Notes: a model not told the origin generated them from the letters alone. DNA of 27,253 nucleotides from Promethearchaeota archaeon (GCA_048940645.1 JBHLOI010000045.1:1-27253); one strand, 5' to 3'. Positions 1-10,029 are shown, counted from the first letter of the stretch. Made by a program: numbers and translations.

Positions 1-222
1 GTAAAGAAAAATGCTATAATCATTACTTTAGATTCTGATTTTTTATCGATAAAAAAAGAACTCCAAAAAAAGTGTAAAATTATTTATATTAAAACTCATC
101 CAAGAGATCCAAAGATTATAGCAAAAATAATTCGAAAATACCTAAATGAAGCTGTGATTAAATTGAAAGATCCAGGAAGAATTATATTATCTGAAAGTGA
201 GATAAAATATGAATCACCTTAA
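1..222 (+). CDS. 5'-truncated DUF5615/Mut7-C-like PIN-domain protein (C-terminal part)
   Basis: Frame 1 is open from base 1 to TAA at 220-222: VKKNAIIITLDSDFLSIKK...YESP*. IIITLDSDF matches the ITxDxDF motif of DUF5615 PIN-like proteins. Not in the ORF track because it runs off the window. Confidence 0.6.
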   Translation, partial: VKKNAIIITLDSDFLSIKKELQKKCKIIYIKTHPRDPKIIAKIIRKYLNEAVIKLKDPGRIILSESEIKYESP

Positions 223-266
223 ATTATCTTATTATCTTCCTTCCCCGTGGTGCCCCTCCTCTTCTT

Positions 267-1037
267 TTATTTGAAGCCCTGACAAAAAGAATTTACATTT
301 TTTGGTAGTACATTATGATTGTATCCCCCTTCCAATAACGCATATCGACGACCTTTGCATAATTTTTCTGAATATATCTTCATTAATCTTCCCAATTCTG
401 TATAATCTTCGGGAAATAACAAATGCCCCCAATCTTCAATACCTTGATCAAAACCTGCTGAAGCGACAAATACATCAATCTCTTCAAGTTGTTGCATATA
501 ACTTTCAACTTCCTTAATATAACTGGAAGGACTATTAGAATATGGATTTAATATCTTAACGCGGAAATCATCATCTCTGTTTTTTAGGATGTTAATATTA
601 CCATCACCTGTGTGAAGGTCAAAATCTAATATAAATGCTGATTTTATCTTTCCCTCCGAAAATAACTTCAGCAGGCTTATACTAATATTATTGAAAAAAC
701 AAAAACCCCAACAAGAGTCCGCTGAAGCATGATGTCCTGGAGGACGTATCACGGCAAAAGTAGGAGTTCCTTTATATCCTTCTTCTGCTGCTAAAATAGC
801 ACCGCCTGCAGCTAGTGAAGCTAGCTCAAATAATAGGGGATCTCGTTTGATATATCTTAGGTGTCTTTCTGTATGAGCTCTGAGGACATCTTCTTCCGTA
901 GCCGATTCTGGTTTAATAAATTCATAGTCAGATTTGCTTTTCATTAAATTGATAACTCCTTCAAGTCGTCCTGCTTCTGCTGCTGGATCATAGGTGTAAT
1001 TTGAATTATAATACCTTTCATGAAATACAATTTTCAT
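267..1037 (-). CDS. Histone deacetylase family (Zn-dependent deacetylase/acetylpolyamine amidohydrolase-like) protein
   Basis: Motifs RPPGHHA, GFCFFNN, DFDLHTGDG, SAGFD and LEGGY. Confidence 0.93.
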   Translation of the reverse strand: MKIVFHERYYNSNYTYDPAAEAGRLEGVINLMKSKSDYEFIKPESATEEDVLRAHTERHLRYIKRDPLLFELASLAAGGAILAAEEGYKGTPTFAVIRPPGHHASADSCWGFCFFNNISISLLKLFSEGKIKSAFILDFDLHTGDGNINILKNRDDDFRVKILNPYSNSPSSYIKEVESYMQQLEEIDVFVASAGFDQGIEDWGHLLFPEDYTELGRLMKIYSEKLCKGRRYALLEGGYNHNVLPKNVNSFCQGFK

Positions 1038-1158
1038 TTAAAAATCACATTTTAACAATAAAATTTTAGTAATAAATTGATTTCTATGCTTTAAAAATTT
1101 CTTATAAATATGGATAATATTGAAAAGAAAAAAAAAAGAAAAAAATATTATTTGATTT

Positions 1159-1914
1159 TTACGCTTTTCCATATTTCTTGAATAATAATATTCCAAGTAG
1201 GACAATTACAACACTCATTATTGATAAGATTCCTAGATCTATCCAAATTGCGAGTTCTGTTAAAGGAGTCCCTTCAAGAAAAATCAGATTTAATGCATCA
1301 GTAGCATAATAACTCGGTAAAAAGTATGCAATCATCCTTGTTGCATCATTTAGAGGAACAAATGTACCAAAAAACATCTGTGGAAGTATAAAGATGAATG
1401 ACAATCCAGTAGCTGTTCCTGAAGATTTTGCTACAGTAGCAGTTATTAGACCAAATCCAACAGAACATATAGAAAGAACAATTATGAGGAGAAATGCTAT
1501 AACAAATCCCGTAGCACCTCCTTCTGGTCGGAAACCTATAATTAGTGAACAAACGGTAACTATAGCTACCTGAACGATGGAAAGTAATGTATTTGAAATT
1601 ATGTGGCTACCCATGAATTCTCCAGATGTAGTAGGAGTTATATTTATCCTCTTTAAAAGTCCTTGTTCACGATCATCGCTAAAAGATTGAGCTACAATCA
1701 TAATAATAAAAATACAAGCATAAGCGAATAATCCTGGTGCCATAAAATTAAATTGACTTTTTCCATCTATTCCAGAAGACATTGTTCCAAAAGCCAATCC
1801 AAACACCAGAGTGAGTGCTGCGGGAAACAAAATCATTAAAAATAAATAAGCTCGTTCCCTTATTATTTTTTTTAATTCCATTTTCACAAGAGCAAATATT
1901 TTTTGCATTTTCAT
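1159..1914 (-). CDS. ABC-2 type transporter permease
   Basis: About six TM segments, DREQGLLKRINITP motif, LPSYYA..L C-terminal motif; directly downstream of an ABC ATPase. Confidence 0.9.
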   Translation of the reverse strand: MKMQKIFALVKMELKKIIRERAYLFLMILFPAALTLVFGLAFGTMSSGIDGKSQFNFMAPGLFAYACIFIIMIVAQSFSDDREQGLLKRINITPTTSGEFMGSHIISNTLLSIVQVAIVTVCSLIIGFRPEGGATGFVIAFLLIIVLSICSVGFGLITATVAKSSGTATGLSFIFILPQMFFGTFVPLNDATRMIAYFLPSYYATDALNLIFLEGTPLTELAIWIDLGILSIMSVVIVLLGILLFKKYGKA

Positions 1915-1916
1915 TT

Positions 1917-2714
1917 TTAAATCCCCTCCAATATTCTTCTACCCGTAATTTCAAGAAATACTTCTTCCAAATTTTTAGCTTCATATTTTTCCATTAATTC
2001 TTTTGGAGTACCAAGAGCAATAAGTTCACCATAATCAATAATTCCAACTCTATCAGAAAGTGCCTCAGCTTCTTCAATATAATGAGTTGTTAAAATGACA
2101 GTTTTGTTTTGGTTTTTAAGAGATCCAATAAATTCCCAAACCTTCCTACGAGCTCTAGGATCCATTCCAACTGTTGGCTCATCAAGGAAAGCTATTTTTG
2201 GATCATGAATTAAGGCAACAAGCATATTTAATTTGCGAAGCATTCCTCCACTATATCCTTTAACCTTTCTCTTGCTATCCTCTTCAAAATCCAATAACTC
2301 AAAAAGATAATCCATTCTCTCTTTTATCCTACTTTTTGGCATTCCGTTTAGGTATCCAAATAGTTCAACATTTTCTCGTCCTGTCAGAAATTTGTAAAGA
2401 GCTGCTTCTTGAGGACATACTCCAATCAATCCTTTAATTTTATCAAGGTTTTTTCTTACGTCATATCCAGCAACAGTCGCTGCTCCTTTTGTTGGTTTTA
2501 ATAAACCATTTAAAATATTAATTGTAGTAGTTTTACCAGCACCATTAGGTCCTAAAAGACCAAATAGTTCTCCGCTTTTAATTTCAAGATTCAAGCCATT
2601 AACCGCTATTACATCTTCATATTTTTTTACTAGATCCTTTATAGCTATACCATATCCATTTTCTGGATCGATAATATCTTTAGGTTTTTTCAATGAATCC
2701 GGATATTTTTCCAT
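1917..2714 (-). CDS. ABC transporter ATP-binding protein (DrrA/CcmA-like exporter)
   Basis: Walker A GPNGAGKTT, signature YSGGM, Walker B FLDEPT, H-loop LTTH. Confidence 0.95.
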   Translation of the reverse strand: MEKYPDSLKKPKDIIDPENGYGIAIKDLVKKYEDVIAVNGLNLEIKSGELFGLLGPNGAGKTTTINILNGLLKPTKGAATVAGYDVRKNLDKIKGLIGVCPQEAALYKFLTGRENVELFGYLNGMPKSRIKERMDYLFELLDFEEDSKRKVKGYSGGMLRKLNMLVALIHDPKIAFLDEPTVGMDPRARRKVWEFIGSLKNQNKTVILTTHYIEEAEALSDRVGIIDYGELIALGTPKELMEKYEAKNLEEVFLEITGRRILEGI

Positions 2715-2821
2715 AAGATATTTATCTTTAAATTAAATTTAAAATTTTTGACTATAGATTCTAATGAAACGAAGTAATCATTTTATAAAGTAATAAGATA
2801 AATAGAAATTTTTACTTGTAA

Positions 2822-3138
2822 TTACAATCTTCTATTTAATTTCTCTATCATATCTCGTATCATTTTTTCTAAGTAATAATTGGGATCCCAACCCTATTCT
2901 TCACGGGTAAGAGAATCATCCATGAATTTAGGCCATGAATCAGCAATATCTTGCCTAAAATCAGATTTATATTCTATAGTGAACTCTGGAATATACTTTT
3001 TAAATTCAGCTGCTAGCTCACCAGCAGAAAAACTAGAACTGTAATATTATAGACGTGGCGGTTAAGCTTGGAAACATTTTTCTCTAAAAGCTCTTTCATA
3101 CATTTATTACAATCAGGCATATATATCATAGATAAAAC
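2822..3138 (-). pseudogene. tdh: Degraded 3'-terminal fragment of an SDR-type L-threonine 3-dehydrogenase gene (copy of 7713-8033)
   Basis: Minus strand reads VLSMIYMPDCNKCMKELLE...RHVYNIT, a 1-nt deletion near 3036-3041, then SFSAGELAAEFKKYIPEFTIEYKSDFRQDIADSWPKFMDDSLTREE*GWDPNYYLEKMIRDMIEKLNRRL*. TGG>TAG at 2894-2896. About 70% aa identity to the intact gene's last ~105 codons by hand count; no 5' two-thirds. Confidence 0.92.
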
Positions 3139-3161
3139 ATAAGATCTTTTCTTACATCATA

Positions 3162-3187
3162 TCGAGTATATAGAAACTATATATCGA
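3162..3187. repeat. Imperfect inverted repeat TCGA(G)TATATAG-AAA-CTATATATCGA
   Basis: 11-bp stem with one bulged G and a 3-nt loop, read directly. Confidence 0.7.
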
Positions 3188-3336
3188 AAATTTTTCTTAT
3201 CAAATATTTTCCTATGAAAAAAACGAAATTGACTTAAATTTAAAATTGAGATTATTTATTGATTTAATAAGAAAATTATTCTATGTTATTCAAGAAAATT
3301 TAATTATTCAAATTAAAATCACCAGGGAGTTGTAAA

Positions 3337-6300
3337 TTGAAAATGAATAGGAAAAAATTAGAAATATCGATAATTGGAATAATATTAATTTTATCCCTAA
3401 CATTTAATTTTTTATTTAATAGTAATCTATCTATTACGAATCAAAAGAATGATAGCACTGATAATGATAGAAGCAATATATTAAGGGCCTCTTCATCCGA
3501 TATTAACGGAAAACCGTTATTAATTCACCAATACTCTACAATAACTAATTCTTTTTTTCCATCCTCATTACCTGCAAATGTTAGTTTTACGCTCATTAGT
3601 GGTTGGAAATCACAAAATGTAAATATTTTATATGAAGGAGTATCTCAACAAAAGCAGAGAATATATAATGGTGATTTTAATAATGACTCTTCTGGATGGC
3701 TATATAAAAGCAATAATCCAACTGAATATATTGATCAAGGTTGGAAAATAGATTTAGGAGAAGAATCAGGATATATGCAAATTAAATTGGACAATGGGGC
3801 TAAAAATGAAGCTGATTACGGGTATTATGAACAAAATATCACGATTCCAGAGAAGTTAAGTTCTGGGTTAATCTCAGAACTTTCAATAGACTGCAAGAGA
3901 AATATAGTACAATTCTTACCTGATGATATTTCTGTATATTTAGCTATAATAATGGATAATGTTGAAAAAAACATAACTTATAATATTGCGAATATTACTA
4001 CGGATTGGTCTAAAATAAGTTTAAATTATGATCCATCTGTTATTGGTCAAATAGGCCCTGGAAATGCAACTGTAAGAATAGGAATATATACAATCGAAAC
4101 AACCAGTGTATCACAATTTGTAAATCTTAATTTTGATAACATTAAATTTGAGTTATGGGGGAACCCAAATGAACCGAATTTAGTTAAAGTTTTTGATAAT
4201 GAATTTGGTAGTAATTATACATATATAAATTCAGATTTTGGGAAAGGATATACTTTTATAGACATAGAAAGAACTCGAGAATCGATTAATGATGTGATAT
4301 TTACTATTTTCTCTAACAAGACTGAGATTTTAGATTTTTTTATATATAACATTACAATTCATACCTCAGTTGTTAAATTTTTCAACACATCCATTTCAGG
4401 GCTTGATGGGTCTAAATACACTTTTGGGGAAATCATTACATGGGAAACAAATATTAATTTTTCTGAAAATTATAAATACGGAGAGATTTGGGCAGAAATT
4501 ATTAAACCAACCGATTGGAATATCATACATGTTTATGACCGAGATAATATCGACAGGGTAGGAAGCTGTCTAGACGCAGGTTTAGGAACTAATAAAACAA
4601 TCATCCCAGTAGGAATCATGACCTCTTCCAATATCGAACGCCCGTGGAAAATTATAGCAAATAGTGAAAATTATATTTCAAAAGCGAATATGGTTTATTG
4701 GAATGGAGCATTTTTTGAAGAAATATCGAAAATCACTATTGGCAACATATTTCAAATAAATGTAACATTAAATAGCTCAATTGAACTTTTAGACACTACG
4801 CTAAATTGTACTATTAAATATCCAAATGGTACGATATTTTGGAAGGATTCGAAATTAATTTCCTCTTATAATTACCAATTTGGAAACTTTGCAGCTGGTA
4901 ATAATATGACAGCTGGGACATATCAGGTGATGGTAGAATGGGTAAGTAATCAATCATATTTGTTTAATGATAAGACTGGTTTTAAAGTATTTGATTTCGT
5001 AGTTTGGCATCATACTAATTTAACAGCAATAGATTCTTACATGGAGATTCTTGTTGGAGACCCACTTTTAATTAAAGTTAAATTCATGGATTTTGATTTT
5101 AATTCCACAATTGAATTTGCAAACGTTAATTATAGTTCCACTTTTGGTCAATTCGGTACAATGGTTTACATTGGTTCTGGAATTTATTTTACCGAGGTGG
5201 ATACCGGTTCCTTAGAATTAGGTGATTATTATTTTTCATTCAGTGCAAATAAGTTATTCTACGAAAATCAAACTATTAATAATCTAATTCATCTAAAAAT
5301 TATTCCACAGTCATTAGCACTAGTTTTATCACATAATATCATCGAAACGGATGCAAATAGCATTGTATCATGCCGTGTAAATGTCATAGGAGCAATATCT
5401 AAATCATTGTTATGGCCTGCTAACATTTCAACTGACTGGTTTAATTCCTATAACGTGACTGATCATAATAATGGAACTTACACATTAGATTTTTCCACAG
5501 TAGATATACCTACTCAAGGATATCTTGAATCTTATACCATTGAAATTTTTGCTAATAAGACAAATTATGGAAACGCTAATGAATTCCTCACTCTTTTAGT
5601 ACACCCCCTTCCAACTCTTGTTAATGTGAATACCAGTTTGATTTCGGTATATCAGGGTGATATTGTTCAAATAAGAGCAAATTATACGGATCAAAGTTCA
5701 GGTGAATTAATTTCTGGAGCCAATTGCAGTATTACGTGGCAAGGTTCTTACTTCATTACTCCCGTATTAAATCAATTTGATATTACTCTCGATACTACAG
5801 GTCTTTGTGTTGATTACTACAACGTTTTGATAACTTTTGAGCGAGCTGGTTATGAAACTGCTTTTAAGAGTATTACAATTAGAATCAAAGAGAAAGAAGT
5901 AAATATTTCAGTTTCTGTTAACCTGGTAAAAATTAGTGAAAATCACCCTTTTGACGCGTATTTCCAGGAACAAATTAATATTTCAGCGAGAGTATGTACT
6001 ATTATTGGTGGCATATATCTATCCGGTGGTATCATAACCTTGATAAGTGACAATTATCAGGACAATCTGACAGAAACTACTCCTACTTATTTTAGCACAT
6101 CCATATTTTTAGACGGAGCGAATTTTGACGCTGGTATAAATACTATTTTCTTAAGATTTGAACAAACAAATTACAGTTCTAAAATATTTACTTTTCAATT
6201 ATATATCCGAGCGCAACATATAAATCTTACAGTTCAAATTGATTACCATGATATTCCAGAAAACTATTTACATGAAGTCTTTTATAATGAAGTATTTCAT

Positions 6301-7686
6301 CTTTCCTGTAGAGCCTATGCAGAAATTGATGGCGTGTTTTTATCAGGGGGAATTATCACATTTGTGAATGGTGAATATGAGATTGAACTTACAGAATCTA
6401 CAGAAAATTGGTTTAATTTATCAATTTTAGTGAGTACATCATTTTTTTCTGTTGGACCTAATTATGTTTATTTAAGATTTGAACAATATAATTATACTAC
6501 CACCACTTTTACACTTCAAATTCTTGTTAAACAGATTGAGTTTGGCGTAACTACAATAGGATTTGAAAATATAATTTATGGAAACCCTGGTGATCAAATT
6601 ACAATACAATTGAATATAACGGAACAAGGAACTGTAAATTACATTGAAAATGCAACAGTTTATTATAATTGGGATTTTGGTGATGGATTTTTTAATGAAA
6701 TAGGAAGCGGTATTTACGAATTAAACCTAAATTTACCTGCTGTTTATAGTGAAAATTATCAAATGAACGTATTTGTCTCAAAAGAAGATATCATCTATAA
6801 AACAACAAGATTTTCTTTTCTTATTGAAATAAGACAAATTGAAGAACCAAATATCTTACTATGGGTGATAGTATTTGGTTTAATATTGCTCAGTGGAACA
6901 TTAGGAATCCTAAGTTTAAGAATTTATGTTATACTACCGAAAAGAAGGAAAAAGGAAGCAGAAATAATGGATAAAATCCAAGTATATAAGGATGTTAATA
7001 ATATCCAAGCATTGATGATGATCCAAAAAGAGAGTGGTCTCCCGATTTATACTCAAGAAATTGGAATATTTGAAAATGATGATGACTCTGTTATGGTAGC
7101 AGGATTTATTCAAGCAATAACAAATTTTAGTGATGTTGTCATTAAAAAAGAGTTTAATAAGTACAAAAATGCCAAATCTGGTCCTGAGTATTCAAAATAT
7201 ATTATAGAATTAGATTTTAATATTTTTCAATTACTTGTATGTGATTATAAAGTGCTTCGAATCTTATTATTTTTAAAGGAAAAAAGCTCTGAAAGGCTTA
7301 AAAAACAACTATATTTACTCAATGTAGCTTTAACATCCCAACACTCAGAAAAATTTATTAAATTTATAGGGAATTTAAGTTTTATAAAAAATGACATAAT
7401 TTCTCTTTTGAATCAATCATTGTTTCTTCATTATACCGAGAAATTTAAAGTTAATGAAGACAAAGAGTACGTTGACGCAATAATAAATTCGGGTGAATTA
7501 AAAAAAATGGAGAAACGGTTATTTAATGTAATATTATCGATAATAAAGGAAAAGAAAGAATTTAATTTGAAGGATCCAATTGAATTAATTCATGAGAAAA
7601 ATGAGGATGTTGTTTTAGAGGCTCTAGATGCATTAATCAAAAAGAAAATCATAATTTCTACATTTAATGTGGGATTGAAAAAATAG
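3337..7686 (+). CDS. Large type-I membrane protein: N-terminal signal/TM, beta-rich Ig-like ectodomain, single TM, cytoplasmic longin/roadblock-like domain and probable winged helix
   Basis: N-terminal hydrophobic segment; many NxS/T sequons; repeated G.Y motifs; TM ILLWVIVFGLILLSGTLGILSL followed by PKRRKK; tail with IQKESGLPIY...MVAGFIQAITNFS. Start may be ATG 3343. Confidence 0.8.
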   Translation: MKMNRKKLEISIIGIILILSLTFNFLFNSNLSITNQKNDSTDNDRSNILRASSSDINGKPLLIHQYSTITNSFFPSSLPANVSFTLISGWKSQNVNILYEGVSQQKQRIYNGDFNNDSSGWLYKSNNPTEYIDQGWKIDLGEESGYMQIKLDNGAKNEADYGYYEQNITIPEKLSSGLISELSIDCKRNIVQFLPDDISVYLAIIMDNVEKNITYNIANITTDWSKISLNYDPSVIGQIGPGNATVRIGIYTIETTSVSQFVNLNFDNIKFELWGNPNEPNLVKVFDNEFGSNYTYINSDFGKGYTFIDIERTRESINDVIFTIFSNKTEILDFFIYNITIHTSVVKFFNTSISGLDGSKYTFGEIITWETNINFSENYKYGEIWAEIIKPTDWNIIHVYDRDNIDRVGSCLDAGLGTNKTIIPVGIMTSSNIERPWKIIANSENYISKANMVYWNGAFFEEISKITIGNIFQINVTLNSSIELLDTTLNCTIKYPNGTIFWKDSKLISSYNYQFGNFAAGNNMTAGTYQVMVEWVSNQSYLFNDKTGFKVFDFVVWHHTNLTAIDSYMEILVGDPLLIKVKFMDFDFNSTIEFANVNYSSTFGQFGTMVYIGSGIYFTEVDTGSLELGDYYFSFSANKLFYENQTINNLIHLKIIPQSLALVLSHNIIETDANSIVSCRVNVIGAISKSLLWPANISTDWFNSYNVTDHNNGTYTLDFSTVDIPTQGYLESYTIEIFANKTNYGNANEFLTLLVHPLPTLVNVNTSLISVYQGDIVQIRANYTDQSSGELISGANCSITWQGSYFITPVLNQFDITLDTTGLCVDYYNVLITFERAGYETAFKSITIRIKEKEVNISVSVNLVKISENHPFDAYFQEQINISARVCTIIGGIYLSGGIITLISDNYQDNLTETTPTYFSTSIFLDGANFDAGINTIFLRFEQTNYSSKIFTFQLYIRAQHINLTVQIDYHDIPENYLHEVFYNEVFHLSCRAYAEIDGVFLSGGIITFVNGEYEIELTESTENWFNLSILVSTSFFSVGPNYVYLRFEQYNYTTTTFTLQILVKQIEFGVTTIGFENIIYGNPGDQITIQLNITEQGTVNYIENATVYYNWDFGDGFFNEIGSGIYELNLNLPAVYSENYQMNVFVSKEDIIYKTTRFSFLIEIRQIEEPNILLWVIVFGLILLSGTLGILSLRIYVILPKRRKKEAEIMDKIQVYKDVNNIQALMMIQKESGLPIYTQEIGIFENDDDSVMVAGFIQAITNFSDVVIKKEFNKYKNAKSGPEYSKYIIELDFNIFQLLVCDYKVLRILLFLKEKSSERLKKQLYLLNVALTSQHSEKFIKFIGNLSFIKNDIISLLNQSLFLHYTEKFKVNEDKEYVDAIINSGELKKMEKRLFNVILSIIKEKKEFNLKDPIELIHEKNEDVVLEALDALIKKKIIISTFNVGLKK
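5890..6533 (+). repeat. Two tandem ~107-aa (321-bp) domain repeats inside the large membrane protein
   Basis: LSGGIIT and LRFEQxNY recur; TTAAGATTTGAACAA occurs at 6151 and 6472, 321 bp apart. Confidence 0.85.
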
Positions 7687-7712
7687 ATATTAACGGAATA
7701 ATTTTCTAAATT

Positions 7713-8660
7713 TTATTTTATTCTTTTGCTTAATATTTGAATCATATCCTTGGTCATCGAATTTAAATCATAACTGGGATCCCAACCCCATTCTTCTCGA
7801 GCAAGGGAATCATCTATGGATTTAGGCCATGAGTCGGCAATTTCTTGCCTAAAATCGGGTTTATACTCTATAGTAAACTCTGGAATATGCTTTTTGATTT
7901 CAGCTGCAAGTTGACCTGCAGAAAAACTAAATCCGGTAATATTATAAACATGACGTTTAAGTCTAGAACCCTCTGCTTCTAAAAGCTCCATCATACATTT
8001 ATTACAATCAGGCATGTACATCATGGGTAAAACTGTGTCTTCTTTTAAGAAGCAAGTATAATGTTTGTTCTTTATTGCCTCATAGAATATTTCTACCGCA
8101 TAATCAGTCGTACCACCGCCAGGCAACGTTTCACTACTTATAATACCCGGTAATCTCATTGACCTTGTATCGAGGCCATATTTTTTAAAATAATATTCAA
8201 TTAATAATTCGCCACTTACTTTCGTAATGCCATACATTGTTGTAGGTTGCAAAATTGTAGTGTTTGGTGTGTTTTCTCTAGGTGTAGTTGGTCCAAAAGC
8301 GGCAATAGAGCTTGGCCATATTATTCTATCTATATTATACTTTCTTCCAGCCTCTAAGACATTAATCAACCCGTTTATATTTATGTTCCACGCAGTTTGT
8401 GGCATCTTTTCCCCTGTAGCAGATAAAACTGAAGCCATATGAAATATTGTATTAATATCATATTCAAATAATGCTTTAGAAAGCAAATCTTTTTCTAAAG
8501 TATCTAAATAAATAACTGGACCATTTTCAGTTATAATCTCAGGTAATGGTGTTTTTCTTCCAGTTGCTATAACATTATCATTTCCATATTTCTCTCTTAA
8601 AGCTGGGACAAGCTCACTTCCAATTTGTCCAGCAGCTCCTATTACTAAAATTTTTCTCAT
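7713..8660 (-). CDS. tdh: L-threonine 3-dehydrogenase, extended SDR (GalE-like) type
   Basis: GAAGQIG Rossmann motif, PSSIAAFG, MYGITK (YxxxK), PGGGTTDY, RQEIADSWP; divergent from kbl. Confidence 0.9.
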   Translation of the reverse strand: MRKILVIGAAGQIGSELVPALREKYGNDNVIATGRKTPLPEIITENGPVIYLDTLEKDLLSKALFEYDINTIFHMASVLSATGEKMPQTAWNININGLINVLEAGRKYNIDRIIWPSSIAAFGPTTPRENTPNTTILQPTTMYGITKVSGELLIEYYFKKYGLDTRSMRLPGIISSETLPGGGTTDYAVEIFYEAIKNKHYTCFLKEDTVLPMMYMPDCNKCMMELLEAEGSRLKRHVYNITGFSFSAGQLAAEIKKHIPEFTIEYKPDFRQEIADSWPKSIDDSLAREEWGWDPSYDLNSMTKDMIQILSKRIK

Positions 8661-8841
8661 TTATATCAACTTTTTATTTCAAAAAATTTAGTATTATTCT
8701 TAATATACTCAATTAAAAAAGGTTTATGTCTTTCCTTATGATTTTGAATGTTCTTTTAATTTGAGTAAAACTAATATACTTTTTTAAATACCTTTAAAAT
8801 ATTAATTTTTTCAAAAAAATCTAATTTTGATAGGTGATTAT

Positions 8842-10029
8842 GTGAAGAGAAATCCTATTGCTTTTCTTAAGGAAGATATGACTGAATTAAGAAACAACAA
8901 TTTAGAATGGATCATCCGATATCTTGAAAAAGGGTCAAAACCTCATTCTACAGTTGATGGAAAAGATGTACTAATGCTCAATACTAATAATTATCTAGGA
9001 TTAGCAACTCACCCGAAAGTAATACAAGCCACAATTGATGCAACAAAAAAATATGGTGCCGGTGCAGGAGCAGTCCCTGTGATCGCTGGTTCTTTTGATT
9101 TAACAAAGGAATTTCAAGCTAAATTTGCAGAATTTAAAGAAGTAGAAGCATCACTTCTATGCCAAACTGGTTTTGCAGTTAATTCAGGATTAATTCCAAT
9201 GTTAGTTGGAAAACCAGATATCGTAGTTTCTGATGAATTAAATCATGGTTCAATCATTGATGGTGTTAGATTATCAGGAGCGAAACGTATTATTTATAAA
9301 CATAGAGATATAGGAGATTTAGAAGACCAACTCAAAGAAGCTGAGAAAGAAGGTGCCAGAAGAATTTGTATCATTACTGATGGTGTATTTTCAATGGATG
9401 GGGATATGGCTCCTTTAGCTGATATTGCACGAGTAGCAGAAGATTTTGGCGCGATGATATTTGTTGATGATTGCCATGGTGAAGGCGTGCTGGGAGAAGG
9501 AAGAGGCATTGTAGCTCACTTTAACTTACAAGGTAAAGTTCATGTAGAGGGAGGTTCAATGAGTAAAGGATTTGGGGTATTTGGAGGTACGGTGGCAGGT
9601 TCAAAAGATTTAATAGAATTTTGTGCTAATAAAAGTAGAACATACTTACTTAGTACAGCCCATCCACCTGGTGTCGTTGCTGCTAATATAGCCTCAATAG
9701 AAGTGGTTGAAGATGAACCGCAACATGTGAAGAATGTTTGGGAAAATACCAATTATTTCAAGAAAGAGGTCGAAGGAATGGGTTATAACACTGGAAACTC
9801 TGAAACACCGATTATTCCTTTAATAATAGGTGATCCAGGTAAAGCACAAGAACTGGCAAGAATTCTATTTGAAGAAGAAAACGTCTATGGTACTCCCATT
9901 GTTTTTCCTATGGTAGCTAGAGAATTATCCAGAATTAGAGTTCAAATGAATGCGCTATTAACTAAAGATGATTTAGATTATGCACTTAGGGCAATCGAAA
10001 AAATAGGAAAAAAATTAGAAATTATATAA
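8842..10029 (+). CDS. kbl: Glycine C-acetyltransferase (2-amino-3-ketobutyrate CoA ligase), AONS/class II PLP family
   Basis: NNYLGL, SDELNHGSIIDG, TDGVFSMDGD, DDCHG, SMSKGFG (PLP lysine), RIRVQM. GTG 8842 is preferred over TTG 8827 because AGGTGA lies at 8832-8837. Adjacent to tdh. Confidence 0.88.
   Translation: MKRNPIAFLKEDMTELRNNNLEWIIRYLEKGSKPHSTVDGKDVLMLNTNNYLGLATHPKVIQATIDATKKYGAGAGAVPVIAGSFDLTKEFQAKFAEFKEVEASLLCQTGFAVNSGLIPMLVGKPDIVVSDELNHGSIIDGVRLSGAKRIIYKHRDIGDLEDQLKEAEKEGARRICIITDGVFSMDGDMAPLADIARVAEDFGAMIFVDDCHGEGVLGEGRGIVAHFNLQGKVHVEGGSMSKGFGVFGGTVAGSKDLIEFCANKSRTYLLSTAHPPGVVAANIASIEVVEDEPQHVKNVWENTNYFKKEVEGMGYNTGNSETPIIPLIIGDPGKAQELARILFEEENVYGTPIVFPMVARELSRIRVQMNALLTKDDLDYALRAIEKIGKKLEII

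Noticed and set aside
236-268. GC-rich pyrimidine tract between the convergent PIN-like and deacetylase genes
   Set aside because: Compositionally odd, but I found no stable stem, repeat partner or RNA-gene similarity.
267-1037. Deacetylase as evidence of eukaryote-like histone modification
   Set aside because: The family is widespread in prokaryotes with small-molecule or non-histone substrates; nothing here indicates histones.
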